DNA of 64,000 nucleotides, taken from NCBI GenBank assembly GCA_003598175.1, contig QZKN01000016.1, positions 91,523 through 155,522 on the forward strand, in the 5' to 3' direction. This document shows positions 41,575 to 52,614 of the stretch, in pieces. The position numbers were made by a program, and so were the translations under genes. The first letter of the stretch is position 1. Each line of letters starts with the position of its first letter. Origin of the DNA: Candidatus Omnitrophota bacterium. GTDB taxonomy: Bacteria > Hinthialibacterota > Hinthialibacteria > Hinthialibacterales > Hinthialibacteraceae. The notes beneath the pieces were generated by a model, which saw only the letters and a program-made list of their open reading frames with translations, was not told the DNA's origin and made no database searches.

Positions 41575-42098
41575 TCACCATTCTTTTGGCTTGAAATTTT
41601 TCTCATTGAGAATCATCACGGAATCTCCACTTTGGGCAATGACGAACAGACCCTGCTTGTAAGCAAACTGATCCGCATCTTCACTGATCACGATTCCCGC
41701 CACCGCTCCGACCACTTTTCGGTCTTTGTATTCCGGAAAATAGGTTTAAATTTGTCCATTCGTTTCAAATGGTCTTTCACATCCTGAATGCCAAGTGTGC
41801 TTTTCACCTCAATCAAAACCACGTATTCGCTATTGATACCCAGGATATCGATTTCCATGCCTTCTTTACCGTTCTTGGAAACCTTAAAACGCTGAGTGAC
41901 ACGTTCAATCTCGATCCCCCGTTTGGAAAACAGTTTTATGGCGGCCGGGCTGACCAAGCCTTCGACAAATTCTCCCCACTTGTCGGATAACTTTTGAATT
42001 TTTCGATCTGTCGTCTTTATCTGTTCTGCTGTTTCTTTAAACATCTCCTTCGTTTCCGCCCACATTTTTTTGACTTTTTTATCCGTCTCGGCAAACAA
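41575..42098 (-). pseudogene. PD-(D/E)XK-like nuclease-fold protein, frameshifted
   Basis: ...MEIDILGINSEYVVLIEVKSTLGIQDVKDHLKRM... continues in a +1 frame as ...YFPEYKDRKVVGAVAGIVISEDADQFAYKQGLFVIAQSGDSVMILNEKNFKPKEW after about 41735. A single-base frameshift or a sequencing error. Confidence 0.4.
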
Positions 42099-42421
42099 CT
42101 TCCAGATTTCCTGAAATCCCTTTTCCAGATACTAATTCGTCATTTTCTTAACGCTCCGTGATGTGGATATAAAGGAATTATAACTCTAAAAGCCATTGAA
42201 TTCATTCGGGGCGCATGGAATCGCGCCCGGAGAATCAGGATCAATTTAAAATCTTAAAACCCAAATAGGCGGGACGCCGGTTTTCCTCGGGAAAATAGGA
42301 TGACCATGATTGGCTTGCACTATCTTTGCCGCGCCATTGCCACTCACCACCCTTGGCCTTGAATATAATCACGGAGTTGGAAAAATAAGTGTATACATAG
42401 TGAGAGAGGAGTATTGGTTGA

Positions 42422-43387
42422 ATGAAAAAGCAGATCGTATTTGGAATGATTCTTTGTTGTATGAGTTCTATGGTTTATGGCGAGATCGTTTGGACGGATT
42501 ACGCCGACAATCCGATTCCTGTGCCGATGCCGAACGGGAGCCGCGCATACATGCCCTGCGTGATCTGGAATCCGGATATAGGGAAATATCAGATGTGGTA
42601 CGAACAGGGTAGCATCGCGCTGGAAACCTATGCGGAGTCGACGGACGGCCTCAATTGGACCAACGTCCAACTCTGCACCGGCGTCGATTTTGAAACCATC
42701 AATGTGGCGCGCCCGTACGTATTATACAATACCTCGTGGACCTATCCCTATCGCGCCTATTGGTTCGGTCGGGATAGCGGGGAATTGGGCGATCATGTGC
42801 GCTTTGCCGAATCGAAGGATGGGATTGCCTGGGAAAACAACCAGCCGCTGGATTTGGAAGTGGAATTGGCTGGAATGACAATCAGTTCGCCGGATGGCCA
42901 TACGGTTTTCTACAATCCGGTGAGTTCCGTGGCGCCGTTTTTTCTGTTTTTAAAAACGACTGATCCCGGCGCCGGCGACGTGACCAGCGTATTTACTTCG
43001 ACGGACGGACTGAACTGGCGCTGGTTTGATTTCGCCACATTGAACGCCGGTTATCATATTACCACGATTCTCCAAATCAGCGCCAATGATTTTCGCGCGT
43101 GGGGATTTTATCAATATAACATTCCCGGAATTCAATATTTTCGCTCCACGGATGGCATCGAATTTGATCTGATCGAAGATCCGGTCGCGAATGTGGGCGG
43201 CGCGGGTCCCGCCGGCGCCTGGAATCAACACCGGAATTATCATCCCGCCGTCGTGTATGATGGCAATGGGTATTTCAAGATGTGGCGCTCGGGGCGAAAC
43301 GATGACACCGGCCACTATCGCACCGGATTCGCCGATGGATTCGATGAGGAACTCGGAACCGAAGTATCCGCGTGGATGATTTATTGA
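42422..43387 (+). CDS. secreted Asp-box (BNR) beta-propeller protein, glycosidase-like
   Basis: Signal peptide. Repeated SxDGxxW motifs (STDGLNW, SKDGIAW, STDGLNW, STDGIEF). Confidence 0.45.
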   Translation: MKKQIVFGMILCCMSSMVYGEIVWTDYADNPIPVPMPNGSRAYMPCVIWNPDIGKYQMWYEQGSIALETYAESTDGLNWTNVQLCTGVDFETINVARPYVLYNTSWTYPYRAYWFGRDSGELGDHVRFAESKDGIAWENNQPLDLEVELAGMTISSPDGHTVFYNPVSSVAPFFLFLKTTDPGAGDVTSVFTSTDGLNWRWFDFATLNAGYHITTILQISANDFRAWGFYQYNIPGIQYFRSTDGIEFDLIEDPVANVGGAGPAGAWNQHRNYHPAVVYDGNGYFKMWRSGRNDDTGHYRTGFADGFDEELGTEVSAWMIY

Positions 43388-43558
43388 TGATTGCTATCGA
43401 ATTCGTATTCTTCCCGGTTCAACAATAGCCAGTTTCCCTGAAAAGTTGGTAATCAAATTCTCATGACGGAAAAGATTCGTCAATAGTGAATTGATATAAT
43501 TGGAGGTGGCATTTGCCGGAATCGTTAAAACAATAATACCGGAATATTGTTCGGGAGG

Positions 43559-43762
43559 CTAATTTCGAATATCACTAAAATCATAGTCTCCAGTAATAAA
43601 ACAAAATTGGTGATCTTGTACGTATTTTGCAATTACGGGATATTTCGCTTCACCAAGGCCAATATCGCGAACATTTGCAGCGTAAAAACCAAAATCGCGA
43701 ACAATTTTGGTTGATGAAGTGGGGAGATCGGCATCCAAAAGGAAACGCATGGATAGAATCAA
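43559..43762 (-). CDS. DUF5615-family PIN-like protein (toxin of DUF433/DUF5615 pair)
   Basis: MRFLLDADLP...VRDIGLGEA...ITGDYDFSD matches the DUF5615 pattern. 4-nt overlap with the upstream DUF433 gene. Confidence 0.55.
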   Translation of the reverse strand: MILSMRFLLDADLPTSSTKIVRDFGFYAANVRDIGLGEAKYPVIAKYVQDHQFCFITGDYDFSDIRN

Positions 43763-43998
43763 TACTTTGGCAATGGATGAAATTGTTCCGTTTCAATCAG
43801 TGCGGAAGCATATTCCAATGCCGCGAAAACATCGGCTTCACCAATATTATATTCACACATAATCTCTTCTTTTGACATTCCTCCTGACATTCCTCCCAAA
43901 ATCCTTATAATAGGAATACGGGTCCCTTTAATAATCGGTTTTCCATGCTGTATTTCCGGATATATAATGACACGATCAATCATGGAAGTCTCCTGCAC
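43759..43998 (-). CDS. DUF433-domain protein (putative antitoxin)
   Basis: ...QHGKPIIKGTRIPIIRILGGMSGGMSKEEIMCEYN...ADVFAALEYA is the DUF433 signature. Confidence 0.6.
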   Translation of the reverse strand: MQETSMIDRVIIYPEIQHGKPIIKGTRIPIIRILGGMSGGMSKEEIMCEYNIGEADVFAALEYASALIETEQFHPLPKY

Positions 43999-44179
43999 AT
44001 CTACCTGGCATAATCAACGAATTTATTGTAATCCACTCACTTGAATCATCAAGATAATCGTGTCTGTTTCTTGAATGTGTCGGTTCTTCCAGCGCCAGCA
44101 TCTTCGTGAATCCCATTAACGCATGTCTGGACGCGGTGTATGCGGATTGCGTTACATATCCTTTCACCCAACCCAATAT

Positions 44180-47100
44180 TCATTGATGCGCGCGGGCAAA
44201 ATCCAATTGCGCTTCCCGAATGGCAATGCGCATGACGCGTGGATCCCGTTCCAACGCCTTTTTCAATTCCTCCGCCGCGGCAACTTGATCTCCCCTTTCC
44301 GTGTAAATGAGGGAAAGGAGATAATGACCGATGGTTTGGGAATCGCCGCGATAGCGATATTCTCCGGAAGTTCGTTGTTTCGCGTTTTCTTCCAATTGCT
44401 TGAGCAAATTTTCGTATTCCGTTTGATTGGAAAGCGCTCGATACGCCAGCGCCCGATACAACGTGCCGAGATGGGGCCGGTTATAACGTTCCGCGACGAT
44501 TTGGCGCAGGTAATCCGCCGCTTGTTCCTTTTCGTTCCGCGCGAGATAGACTTTTGCCAGATTCCAATACACATGCGCGCGCAAATCGGGAGTGCGCGCC
44601 GCGACTTCCAGATTTTTCGGATATTTGCATGCTTCTTCGTAATAGTGCAATGCGAAAGCATAATCGTCTTTAAGAAACGCCAGATCCCCCAACTTTTGAT
44701 TCACTTCCACCCATGCGTAATGGATACCGTATTGGCCTTCCCAACTGTGAAAATGATGCGTGCCGAGTTTGTCATAGACGCTTTGCAGGTATTCGGGATT
44801 GTCCGACGCCAGGCTCAGATCGATCCAGCGGGAAAGGAGATCGTCTCGCGAATTGACGACGGTGGGATACCGTTCGAGTATCGCCAAACGCTCCGCCGCG
44901 GGAACATCGATATCTTCCGCTCGCTGATCCATTTCCAACAGAATCCGCGCATCGTCGGGATTCAGGGATTGTGCCTTTTTGTAGGTTTGATAAGAAGCCT
45001 GCTTGTCATTTTTCAGATGGCGTTCCGCATAGGCCACGTTGCGCCAGGCGTGAACGAGCCGATCGTTCAACTCCGCCGCTTTCCGCCAATTCGCGAATCC
45101 CTCTTCCCGCTGCCCGCCCGCATACAGCAGGTTGCCTAGAAACAGATGCGCATTGGCGTCGTTGGGATTGGTACGGATCGCCGCTTCCAACGCGGCTTTG
45201 CCTTCCAGTCGATGCGGATTGGTGAGATCAACCGGTCCTTTGCGGGCTTTGCCATAAAACGATGACGCGGCAGTGGGATCGCCGATCAACTCTTTGAAAT
45301 AACCACGATAATAATTGATCATCGGATTGATATTTGCATCGTTTTTCCCATCGGCATACAGCGCCAAGACCGCATCCGCGTCCACATACAATCCCGCGTT
45401 CGCATAGGCGACGGCCAGTTCGAGATAATTCTGCACGGCGTCGCGCATGATGGAAAGCCAAATTGCATTCCACGAGTCCAATGAAGCGTTGCGGTTCTTG
45501 AAAGCAAGAATTTTTTCGTATCCGCCCATGAAATGCAGCGGATCGAGTTGCATCGCTCTTTCTGCCGCTTCCAGGGCGTGTTCGTATTCGCCGAGGGAAC
45601 GATAAGCGGCGGCCTGGAAAGCGGGAATGTCGGCAAATTTGCCATTTTGGCTGGCCGCTTCGTCCAATTTTTCAATGGCGCCGCGATAATCGCCGCGACG
45701 CAGATCGAGTCTGGCAAGATTGTAATATGCAGGCGAGAAATAATCGTACGCATACGTCGCTCGATAAAAATAATCGTAGGCGTTTTGAAAATCCTGCAAA
45801 CCGGCATAGGCCATGCCTTTACCAAAATAAATGCGGGAGTTGTCATCGTCGCGTTGCAGCGCTTTGTCGAAATACACCAGCGCATCGTTCCACTTTCCAT
45901 CCTTCAACGCTAAAAATCCCATTTCCGTATTGACGCGGGAGTCATCGGCGTCTTTCTTCAATGCCTCCTGATAGTAGGGAAGAGCGGCGCGTGTGCGGCG
46001 GAATTTATCCAACCATTCGCCGGAACGAGCCAGTTCATCCTGATTCATCTTTTTCGGATCGCCCGGATCACGCTGACCGGCCGGCAACTCGACTTTTTGC
46101 GCCGGACGCTGTTGCAATTGAATACGAAGATTTTCGTTTTCATCATAAACGGAAAGGTGAAGATCATACACACTCACGTTTTCACCCACATTGACTTCAA
46201 CCGTATAAGGTTTGTCCGGTGAAATGTCCGTGACGGTTTCCGCAAGAATGGCATTCGATTTTGTGTTTTTAAAAACGACTTTATGTTGTCTGGCGACGCC
46301 GGTCGCGTACACTCCCGCGAATGCTTTTCCTTCCTGTAAATCCGTATTGACGGCGAAATCCTTATCGGCCTGATGAAATCCACGCGTGTCCCGCACCGGA
46401 TACCAATAATCGTGCGTCGTTTTCACTTCATTGGACCACATCCAATGATAATCGGGCTGATTGTCGCTCCACGCCCCCGCCTGCGGCTCGAAATAAGGAC
46501 CGCCGCCTTCCGTCAGAATATCTTCCCAGATGCGACCAGACGGGCCGGATCCCCACGTCCATAGTTTTTTGCCGGGCATGATGTGATGATTGGCGACATG
46601 CACCGTCCCCCCCTGCGCATGATGATCGTACACGCCGAACCAGTCGGACGGATTATTAAAGGCAAAATAACTGCTGGCGTTGGGAGAATTTTTCCACCAC
46701 GTCAAATCCACGCCGTCGTGAATCGGCCAGTTCAAAAATTCGTGTTTGCCGTGGCCGGTGACCATATCGCCGGGATATTGCGCTTGCGCCCATTCGTTGG
46801 CGTGAGTCGCCGACGTGGCCCAGAATTGGAAGGAATGTTTGTGATTGGTGGGATTGATGAGAATGTAATCGCAACGCAGGTAGCTCCTGCCGGGAAACAC
46901 CGTCATCCCCACCAGCCAGCGCATGCGGAAAATAGGTTCGGTCTCGCCCACCCACACCGTCGCGCTGCCGTCGTCGTTATTCACGATACGATGATCGACA
47001 GGCATAAAGCAGGAGGGCCGGTGGCCATGCGGGAAATTCCATTCGATGCCGCCGGAAATCCACGCGCCGGTCATGCTGATCAGGCCGGGTTTGATGGTGC

Positions 47101-47470
47101 GCTGCCAATAAAACCACACATACTCATTGGTTTTATCCATCGCGCCATGTAAACGTCCGCCGATTTCAGGCAGGACAAGGACTTTGATGTATTCATTTTC
47201 GAGGATCACGCCTTGATAGATTTTATCAACTTTGTTGTTGGTAAGAACATCGTTCAGGGTGTAGGGATAGATTTCACTCCCCGCGTCGAAAAAGTTGGAA
47301 TGAACCTGCGGCGGTCCGATTTCCCACGTGGGAATCACTAACTCATCCTCATACGCTTTGACCTCGGCAAAAGCAGACGTTCCGAATCCTATCATCAGGC
47401 ATAAAAGCAAAGAAAAACGAGTGATATTCATGAACAACCTCCTGCGGTTGATATTCCTGGCATTCATCAT
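44180..47470 (-). CDS. secreted DUF5107-like N-terminal domain plus TPR-repeat protein, 1096 aa
   Basis: Signal peptide. About 450-aa N-terminal beta-rich domain. C-terminal half consists of TPR-like repeats (...ALKKDADDSRVNTEMGFLALKDGKWNDALVYFDKALQRDDDNSRIYFGKGMAY...). Confidence 0.55.
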   Translation of the reverse strand: MMNARNINRRRLFMNITRFSLLLCLMIGFGTSAFAEVKAYEDELVIPTWEIGPPQVHSNFFDAGSEIYPYTLNDVLTNNKVDKIYQGVILENEYIKVLVLPEIGGRLHGAMDKTNEYVWFYWQRTIKPGLISMTGAWISGGIEWNFPHGHRPSCFMPVDHRIVNNDDGSATVWVGETEPIFRMRWLVGMTVFPGRSYLRCDYILINPTNHKHSFQFWATSATHANEWAQAQYPGDMVTGHGKHEFLNWPIHDGVDLTWWKNSPNASSYFAFNNPSDWFGVYDHHAQGGTVHVANHHIMPGKKLWTWGSGPSGRIWEDILTEGGGPYFEPQAGAWSDNQPDYHWMWSNEVKTTHDYWYPVRDTRGFHQADKDFAVNTDLQEGKAFAGVYATGVARQHKVVFKNTKSNAILAETVTDISPDKPYTVEVNVGENVSVYDLHLSVYDENENLRIQLQQRPAQKVELPAGQRDPGDPKKMNQDELARSGEWLDKFRRTRAALPYYQEALKKDADDSRVNTEMGFLALKDGKWNDALVYFDKALQRDDDNSRIYFGKGMAYAGLQDFQNAYDYFYRATYAYDYFSPAYYNLARLDLRRGDYRGAIEKLDEAASQNGKFADIPAFQAAAYRSLGEYEHALEAAERAMQLDPLHFMGGYEKILAFKNRNASLDSWNAIWLSIMRDAVQNYLELAVAYANAGLYVDADAVLALYADGKNDANINPMINYYRGYFKELIGDPTAASSFYGKARKGPVDLTNPHRLEGKAALEAAIRTNPNDANAHLFLGNLLYAGGQREEGFANWRKAAELNDRLVHAWRNVAYAERHLKNDKQASYQTYKKAQSLNPDDARILLEMDQRAEDIDVPAAERLAILERYPTVVNSRDDLLSRWIDLSLASDNPEYLQSVYDKLGTHHFHSWEGQYGIHYAWVEVNQKLGDLAFLKDDYAFALHYYEEACKYPKNLEVAARTPDLRAHVYWNLAKVYLARNEKEQAADYLRQIVAERYNRPHLGTLYRALAYRALSNQTEYENLLKQLEENAKQRTSGEYRYRGDSQTIGHYLLSLIYTERGDQVAAAEELKKALERDPRVMRIAIREAQLDFARAHQ

Positions 47471-47785
47471 GCCTTTTTTTATGGATTATTCAAGAAATCA
47501 GGAAGGATAAAAAAAATAATGGAACATTCTATTGCTGATGAGGAGAATTCGATTGCTATTACTTTATCGGTTGTTGAGATAATTCTATTTCTGAATCATG
47601 GATTTCATGGATTCATTGGATCGCACGGGTTTCAACCGTCGAGAAGAAATTCGTGGAATCCATAAAATCCGCGCCATCCGTGATGCAAAAGTATTGATAC
47701 CGATGGAATAGTTGCCTAATCTTGTCCAGGATAGGCGCATGACCGGCCTTCTACAATCATACAAAATGTTACGGGAGATTCGATA

Positions 47786-49120
47786 ATGCGGTTGGGAATT
47801 CTTTTATTGATTGCTGTGATTTTAATCGTCGTCACAACGACAAGGTGGAAATTGCATCCGTTTTTAGCGTTGTTGTTTACGGCGATCGGGTATGGATTGT
47901 TCGCGGGAATGCCGATGGCGGATGTGGTGAAATCGGTGAACGAAGGTTTTGGAGGAACAATCGGCTATATCGGCATTGTCATCATCGCCGGAACCATTAT
48001 CGGTGTATTTTTAGAAAAGTCCGGCGGTGCATACGCAATGGCGCAGGCGGTCTTGCGGGTGACCGGCAGGCGGAACGTGCCGCTGGCGATGTCGATCATC
48101 GGCTATTTCGTGTCGATTCCGGTTTTTTGCGATTCGGGTTTCGTTATTTTAAGTCCGCTGAATAAGGCGCTGGCGAAAAAGGCGGGGATTTCACTAGCCG
48201 CGTGCGCGGTGGCGTTGAGTCTGGGATTGTATGCGACGCATACGATGGTCCCCCCGACGCCCGGACCGATCGCGGCTGCAGGAATTTTAAAGGCGGATTT
48301 GGGGCAAGTAATTCTGTATGGTTTGATTGTGAGTGTTCTGGCCATGATCGTGGGTTGGTTATACGCTATTTTTATCGCGTCGCGAGTCTATATTGATCCA
48401 CAGCCGAATTTGTCAGAGGATGATCTTAATCGGAAATTATCCGAAGCGCCGTCGGCGGCGATGTCGTTTCTGCCGATTCTGCTCCCGATCGTTTTGATCG
48501 TGCTGAATTCCATTGCATCGTATCCGACCAATCCGTTTGGAACCGGTCAAACGAAGACAATATTGAACTTTGTCGGAAATCCCGTGATTGCCTTGCTGAT
48601 TGGCGTGTTGATTTCTTTTCTGTTGCCCAAAAAATTGGATCGAGAAATGGTATCGGCAAGTGGATGGGTGGGCGAAGGTTTGCTGAATGCAGCGATTATT
48701 ATCATGATCACAGGCGCAGGGGGAGCATTTGGGAAAGTGCTGCAAAATTCGGGAATTGCGGATGCATTGGGCAAACCCTTGGCGGAACTGAATATCGGCA
48801 TTTGGCTTCCATTTTTGATTGCAGTGGTGATCAAAACGGCGCAGGGATCATCGACGGTCGCGATTATCACCACCGCAACGTTAATGTCATCGCTGATGGA
48901 GCCGCTGGGTTTCACTTCCTCGGCGCAGATTGCGTTGGTGGTTGTGATGATCGGAGCGGGTGCAATGGTAATTTCTCACGCGAACGACAGCTATTTTTGG
49001 GTGGTCACACAATTTTCGCGAATGGATGTACTAACGGGCTATAAACTCTATTCGTTGGGTGGGATTTTGGAGGGAGTCGCGGCGGGAATCGTTGTTTGGG
49101 TGATTTTTAGTTTTATATAA
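47786..49120 (+). CDS. GntP-family permease (gluconate/H+ symporter family)
   Basis: Sequence and 12+ TM topology match GntP (...FLALLFTAIGYGLFAGMP...GYFVSIPVFCDSGFVILSPL...). Confidence 0.8.
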   Translation: MRLGILLLIAVILIVVTTTRWKLHPFLALLFTAIGYGLFAGMPMADVVKSVNEGFGGTIGYIGIVIIAGTIIGVFLEKSGGAYAMAQAVLRVTGRRNVPLAMSIIGYFVSIPVFCDSGFVILSPLNKALAKKAGISLAACAVALSLGLYATHTMVPPTPGPIAAAGILKADLGQVILYGLIVSVLAMIVGWLYAIFIASRVYIDPQPNLSEDDLNRKLSEAPSAAMSFLPILLPIVLIVLNSIASYPTNPFGTGQTKTILNFVGNPVIALLIGVLISFLLPKKLDREMVSASGWVGEGLLNAAIIIMITGAGGAFGKVLQNSGIADALGKPLAELNIGIWLPFLIAVVIKTAQGSSTVAIITTATLMSSLMEPLGFTSSAQIALVVVMIGAGAMVISHANDSYFWVVTQFSRMDVLTGYKLYSLGGILEGVAAGIVVWVIFSFI

Positions 49121-49188
49121 TCACGATCGCTCAGTGAATTGAGCGTGAATGAATCGTAGGTTTTAGGGATTGTTTTTTTCCACTCACA

Positions 49189-51108
49189 TCACTGCGCTGC
49201 AACCGATTCTTTCAATTTTTCCACATCGATATTTTCCTGCAAAAGCGGAGTGGAGATAACCCAGCGGGGAGATGCTGTGGTTTGGGTGAGCTTGTCCCAT
49301 TCGTATTTGGATTCTTCCGCTACGAATGGATGACAGGTGGTGCAGGTTCCATGCAAGGGACGATAGATGCGTTCCGCGATTTCTTTGTGGCAGGTTACGC
49401 ACAGACCGTGCATGGCGTCGACATAACTACCGGCCATATTCAATTGATCCATACGAATCGGACTTTCCTGCACCGCCAGAACCAATGACGCATCTTCGGC
49501 GTTATGGCAATGGTTGCATTCCACCGCCGTATCAACGGAGCGGTTTTGTCCGGCGGGATGGCATTGCGTGCAGGATTGGTTGCCGCCCAACCATGTTTTG
49601 TGTTTTTCGTGATCAAAAATGCAGGTGACTAAATAAACGTCTTGATGACAGGCTGCACAGCTTGTTTGTTCGTCTGCTGGCAGTTTCGCGTGATGGCAAA
49701 CAGCGCAGGATTGCGTCTGTCCCAGGCTGTTTTCATGCTTTTTGTGATCGAACGTGACGAAAAAGCCGTCACGATTGGCATCGATTTGCATGATATCCTT
49801 CCCCCGCGCGGAATTGGCTGGCGTCTTGATCAAACCTTTACTTTCGAGGGAACTGAATGGCAGCAACGAAAATCCGAACGCGGCGGCGACAACGAACGCC
49901 ATCGAGTTTCTTTTCATTCCCGCGGTATGAGGATCGCCAAGCCAGATTGTACCGACGGGCGCAAAGCGAGGGAGGGTATACGGTTTTTCATCCTCTTCAT
50001 CGCGGGGCGGATGTTCCCAGACGTTGAAATGCTCGATGGCGAAGAGGAAAACCAACGCCGCGCCCGACACCACCCCTGCGCTGATGGCGAATTCGGTCCA
50101 CGCGGGGAAATAAAAACTGTCCGTGGTTCCCGCCATTGCGATGCCGCCGACATTTAAGCGGTTGAGCACGAATCCGCTTACGCCGGAAACGACGCCAAGC
50201 GTGATCCAGCCCAATTTACCGCGCGTTAACTTGGAAGTAAACAAAACAATTGGTATGATTGCACTGATTAAAATTTCAATGATGAACCACCAACTCTGCC
50301 ACGAATTTTCGAAAATGGCGAGGTATTCTCCGCGCACGAGCAGATCGAGAATGCGGACAATGAGATATCCGCCAAGCACCCACGCAGCGACTTTACACAG
50401 TTTGGTTAAAAGATGCGTTTCCGGTTCCCGGCGGTAAAGATACGACGTGATCAACGATTCCATACTCACCATCATCAATCCCAGACTAATGGCGGAAATA
50501 AAAAACAGCAAGGGAAGAATTGGAGTGTACCACAATGCATGCAGGCGATAGGGCATGATCAAAAAGAGCGTCCCCAGCGAGGATTGATGCAGCGTGGAAA
50601 GCATAATGCCCAAAATCACGAGAATCAGGCGATTTTTTACCAGGAAATTACGGATTTTGCCCAAACGTGGAAACGATTCGAGAGGCACTGGCAGAAATTC
50701 CAACGCCAACACCGTCAGATACAGCATGACGCACCACGCCACTTCGAACAGGGCGGAATGATGCTGCCAATAAATGGTCGGATGCCAAATATGCCACGGC
50801 AAACCGAGATCCGCAAGCAATCCGACGGCGACGGCTGCATAACCGAGAAACGCCGTCAATACGGCGGGACGGACGATCGGGTGAAATTCCTCTTTTTTGA
50901 GGATATACACTGTCGCAGTGATGACAAATCCGCCGGCGGCCAGGGCGACGCCGCCCATCACGTCGAATCCGACCCACAAACCCCACGGCGTGCCGTCGTT
51001 CAAATTCGTTGACGATCCCAATCCCAGCAAAAATCGGCGAAAGGCCACGGCGAAAGCCAAACCGCAGATCGACCATAACAACAATTTAAATCGTCTGACT
51101 CTATCCAT
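49189..51108 (-). CDS. NrfD/PsrC-like membrane quinone-interacting subunit fused to a C-terminal multiheme (6 CxxCH) cytochrome c domain (DsrP plus DsrJ-like)
   Basis: About 400-aa polytopic NrfD-like N-terminus. C-terminus carries CAVCH, CAACH, CTQCH, CNHCH, CVTCH and CTTCH. Overlaps the upstream ferredoxin gene by 8 nt. Confidence 0.7.
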   Translation of the reverse strand: MDRVRRFKLLLWSICGLAFAVAFRRFLLGLGSSTNLNDGTPWGLWVGFDVMGGVALAAGGFVITATVYILKKEEFHPIVRPAVLTAFLGYAAVAVGLLADLGLPWHIWHPTIYWQHHSALFEVAWCVMLYLTVLALEFLPVPLESFPRLGKIRNFLVKNRLILVILGIMLSTLHQSSLGTLFLIMPYRLHALWYTPILPLLFFISAISLGLMMVSMESLITSYLYRREPETHLLTKLCKVAAWVLGGYLIVRILDLLVRGEYLAIFENSWQSWWFIIEILISAIIPIVLFTSKLTRGKLGWITLGVVSGVSGFVLNRLNVGGIAMAGTTDSFYFPAWTEFAISAGVVSGAALVFLFAIEHFNVWEHPPRDEEDEKPYTLPRFAPVGTIWLGDPHTAGMKRNSMAFVVAAAFGFSLLPFSSLESKGLIKTPANSARGKDIMQIDANRDGFFVTFDHKKHENSLGQTQSCAVCHHAKLPADEQTSCAACHQDVYLVTCIFDHEKHKTWLGGNQSCTQCHPAGQNRSVDTAVECNHCHNAEDASLVLAVQESPIRMDQLNMAGSYVDAMHGLCVTCHKEIAERIYRPLHGTCTTCHPFVAEESKYEWDKLTQTTASPRWVISTPLLQENIDVEKLKESVAAQ

Positions 51109-51864
51109 TCGCTTTTTCTCCCGATTCCCCCTCTTTTTTCAATTGTTCCCTTCGGTTGATGGTCCAATAAAGTCCCGACATCAATACGCCGACGCCGACA
51201 AAGGTAAGCGGCACACTGGCGAGAACCGGCGCGGTCGTCGACGGCAGCGCCGGATCGCCGCGCAAATCGCGGCCATTGTAAATCGCTTTCAAATCGACGT
51301 CGGAAACGTAAAGAACGCAGGTTCCGCCGATTTCATTCTCGTCGCCGTATAATTGCAGCTTGGGATTTTCCTGCCGGCGGCGTTTGGCTTCGGCCAGCAG
51401 TTCCTCCCGCTCGCCGAAAATGGTGGCGCCGGTGGGGCAGGCCTCTGTGCAGGCGGGTTGTTTGCCCTCTTTGATGCGCTCATAACACAGAATGCATTTC
51501 CGAATGTACGGGGCCGCGCTGTCCCAATCGTAACGAGGAATTTCGTAAGGACAGGCCATCATACAATAGCGGCATCCCATGCATTTCCCGCCGTCATAGG
51601 TGACTGGCCCTTCCGCATTTTTGATCAAAGCCCCCACCGGGCAGGCGGAAACACAGGCGGGCTCCTGACAATGCCGACATTGCTTGCGCACGAATTTGTT
51701 TTCCGGCAAGCGAACGATGGATGTCCAATTGCGGGCGCTGAGTCCGTCCGGTTTGTGCCAGCGGCGCGGCAGTTCCGGCGGGAGGTCGTAGGTACGTTTG
51801 CAGGCAAGCACGCATTCGTTGCAGCCGATGCATTTCGTGATATCGGTCAGAATACTTTTCATAT
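51101..51864 (-). CDS. 4Fe-4S dicluster ferredoxin subunit (NrfC/PsrB/DsrO-like)
   Basis: CIGCNECVLAC, CRHCQEPACVSACP, CMGCRYCMMACP and CILCYER...CTEACP cluster motifs. Start MKSILTD directly after the upstream stop. Confidence 0.75.
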
Positions 51865-52578
51865 TGGTTGTCCCTGTTTTCCCAGCGTGATTTCTACGTC
51901 TTTGGCGGAGTTTTTGGGAAAATGCCAGCCCAATTCGGAAATGAATTGAGAGAACGGCGTTAAAATGCAATGAGAAATTTTGGTTAAGGGAATTAAGAGA
52001 AGAATAAAGTTTCCACTTAAAATGTGAATCAACAGCATGGCGTTATAACTGAGCGGGCTCCAGGCCGGATGTGAACAGAAGAAACCGGAAAGAAAGGGAA
52101 TGATCAAAAGCAACGGCCACATGAATTCCTGTCCGCGGCTGATGTGGCGGGAAGCCGAGCTCCATACACGCGCCAGAAAAAGCAGGATGGCGGAGAGGAT
52201 GGTGGTGACGGTCAAAAATTCCGCGAGATGGCGTGGAATGGCCGGCCACCACAGGCCCGCGCCTTGATACCACAATTGAATGTGGGCAAAAAGAAAAATC
52301 GGGACAATAATCAAGCCGATGTGGAAAAGGATCGATACGATACTGAAAAAGGGGCGATTTCTCAATCCCATGCGAATGGGGAACAGCCAATGTATCGTGG
52401 TCCGCCAAATCAACGAATAAGGCAGTTCCTTATCCCCCGCGGCATAATACGCTTTTGCCGCTCCCCATGCCGACAGCATCACGATTCGCGCGAGACCCAA
52501 CACACACAATGCGAACGAAAATCGGAAGATAGGTCCTTTTGCCAATTCGAGCCAGAATTCCAGCATGTTTATCTCCAT
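51859..52578 (-). CDS. NarI-like membrane cytochrome b subunit (DsrM/HmeC-like)
   Basis: 239 aa, 5-6 TM helices with conserved His residues in the helices. Position between HdrD-like and NrfC-like genes. Confidence 0.5.
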   Translation of the reverse strand: MEINMLEFWLELAKGPIFRFSFALCVLGLARIVMLSAWGAAKAYYAAGDKELPYSLIWRTTIHWLFPIRMGLRNRPFFSIVSILFHIGLIIVPIFLFAHIQLWYQGAGLWWPAIPRHLAEFLTVTTILSAILLFLARVWSSASRHISRGQEFMWPLLLIIPFLSGFFCSHPAWSPLSYNAMLLIHILSGNFILLLIPLTKISHCILTPFSQFISELGWHFPKNSAKDVEITLGKQGQPI

Positions 52579-52614
52579 CTTTTATGATTCTTTCATTGGA
52601 AACATTGAAAAAGC

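Noticed and set aside
44123-45139. 338-aa plus-strand ORF
   Set aside because: Antisense to the 1096-aa DUF5107-TPR gene. No motifs.
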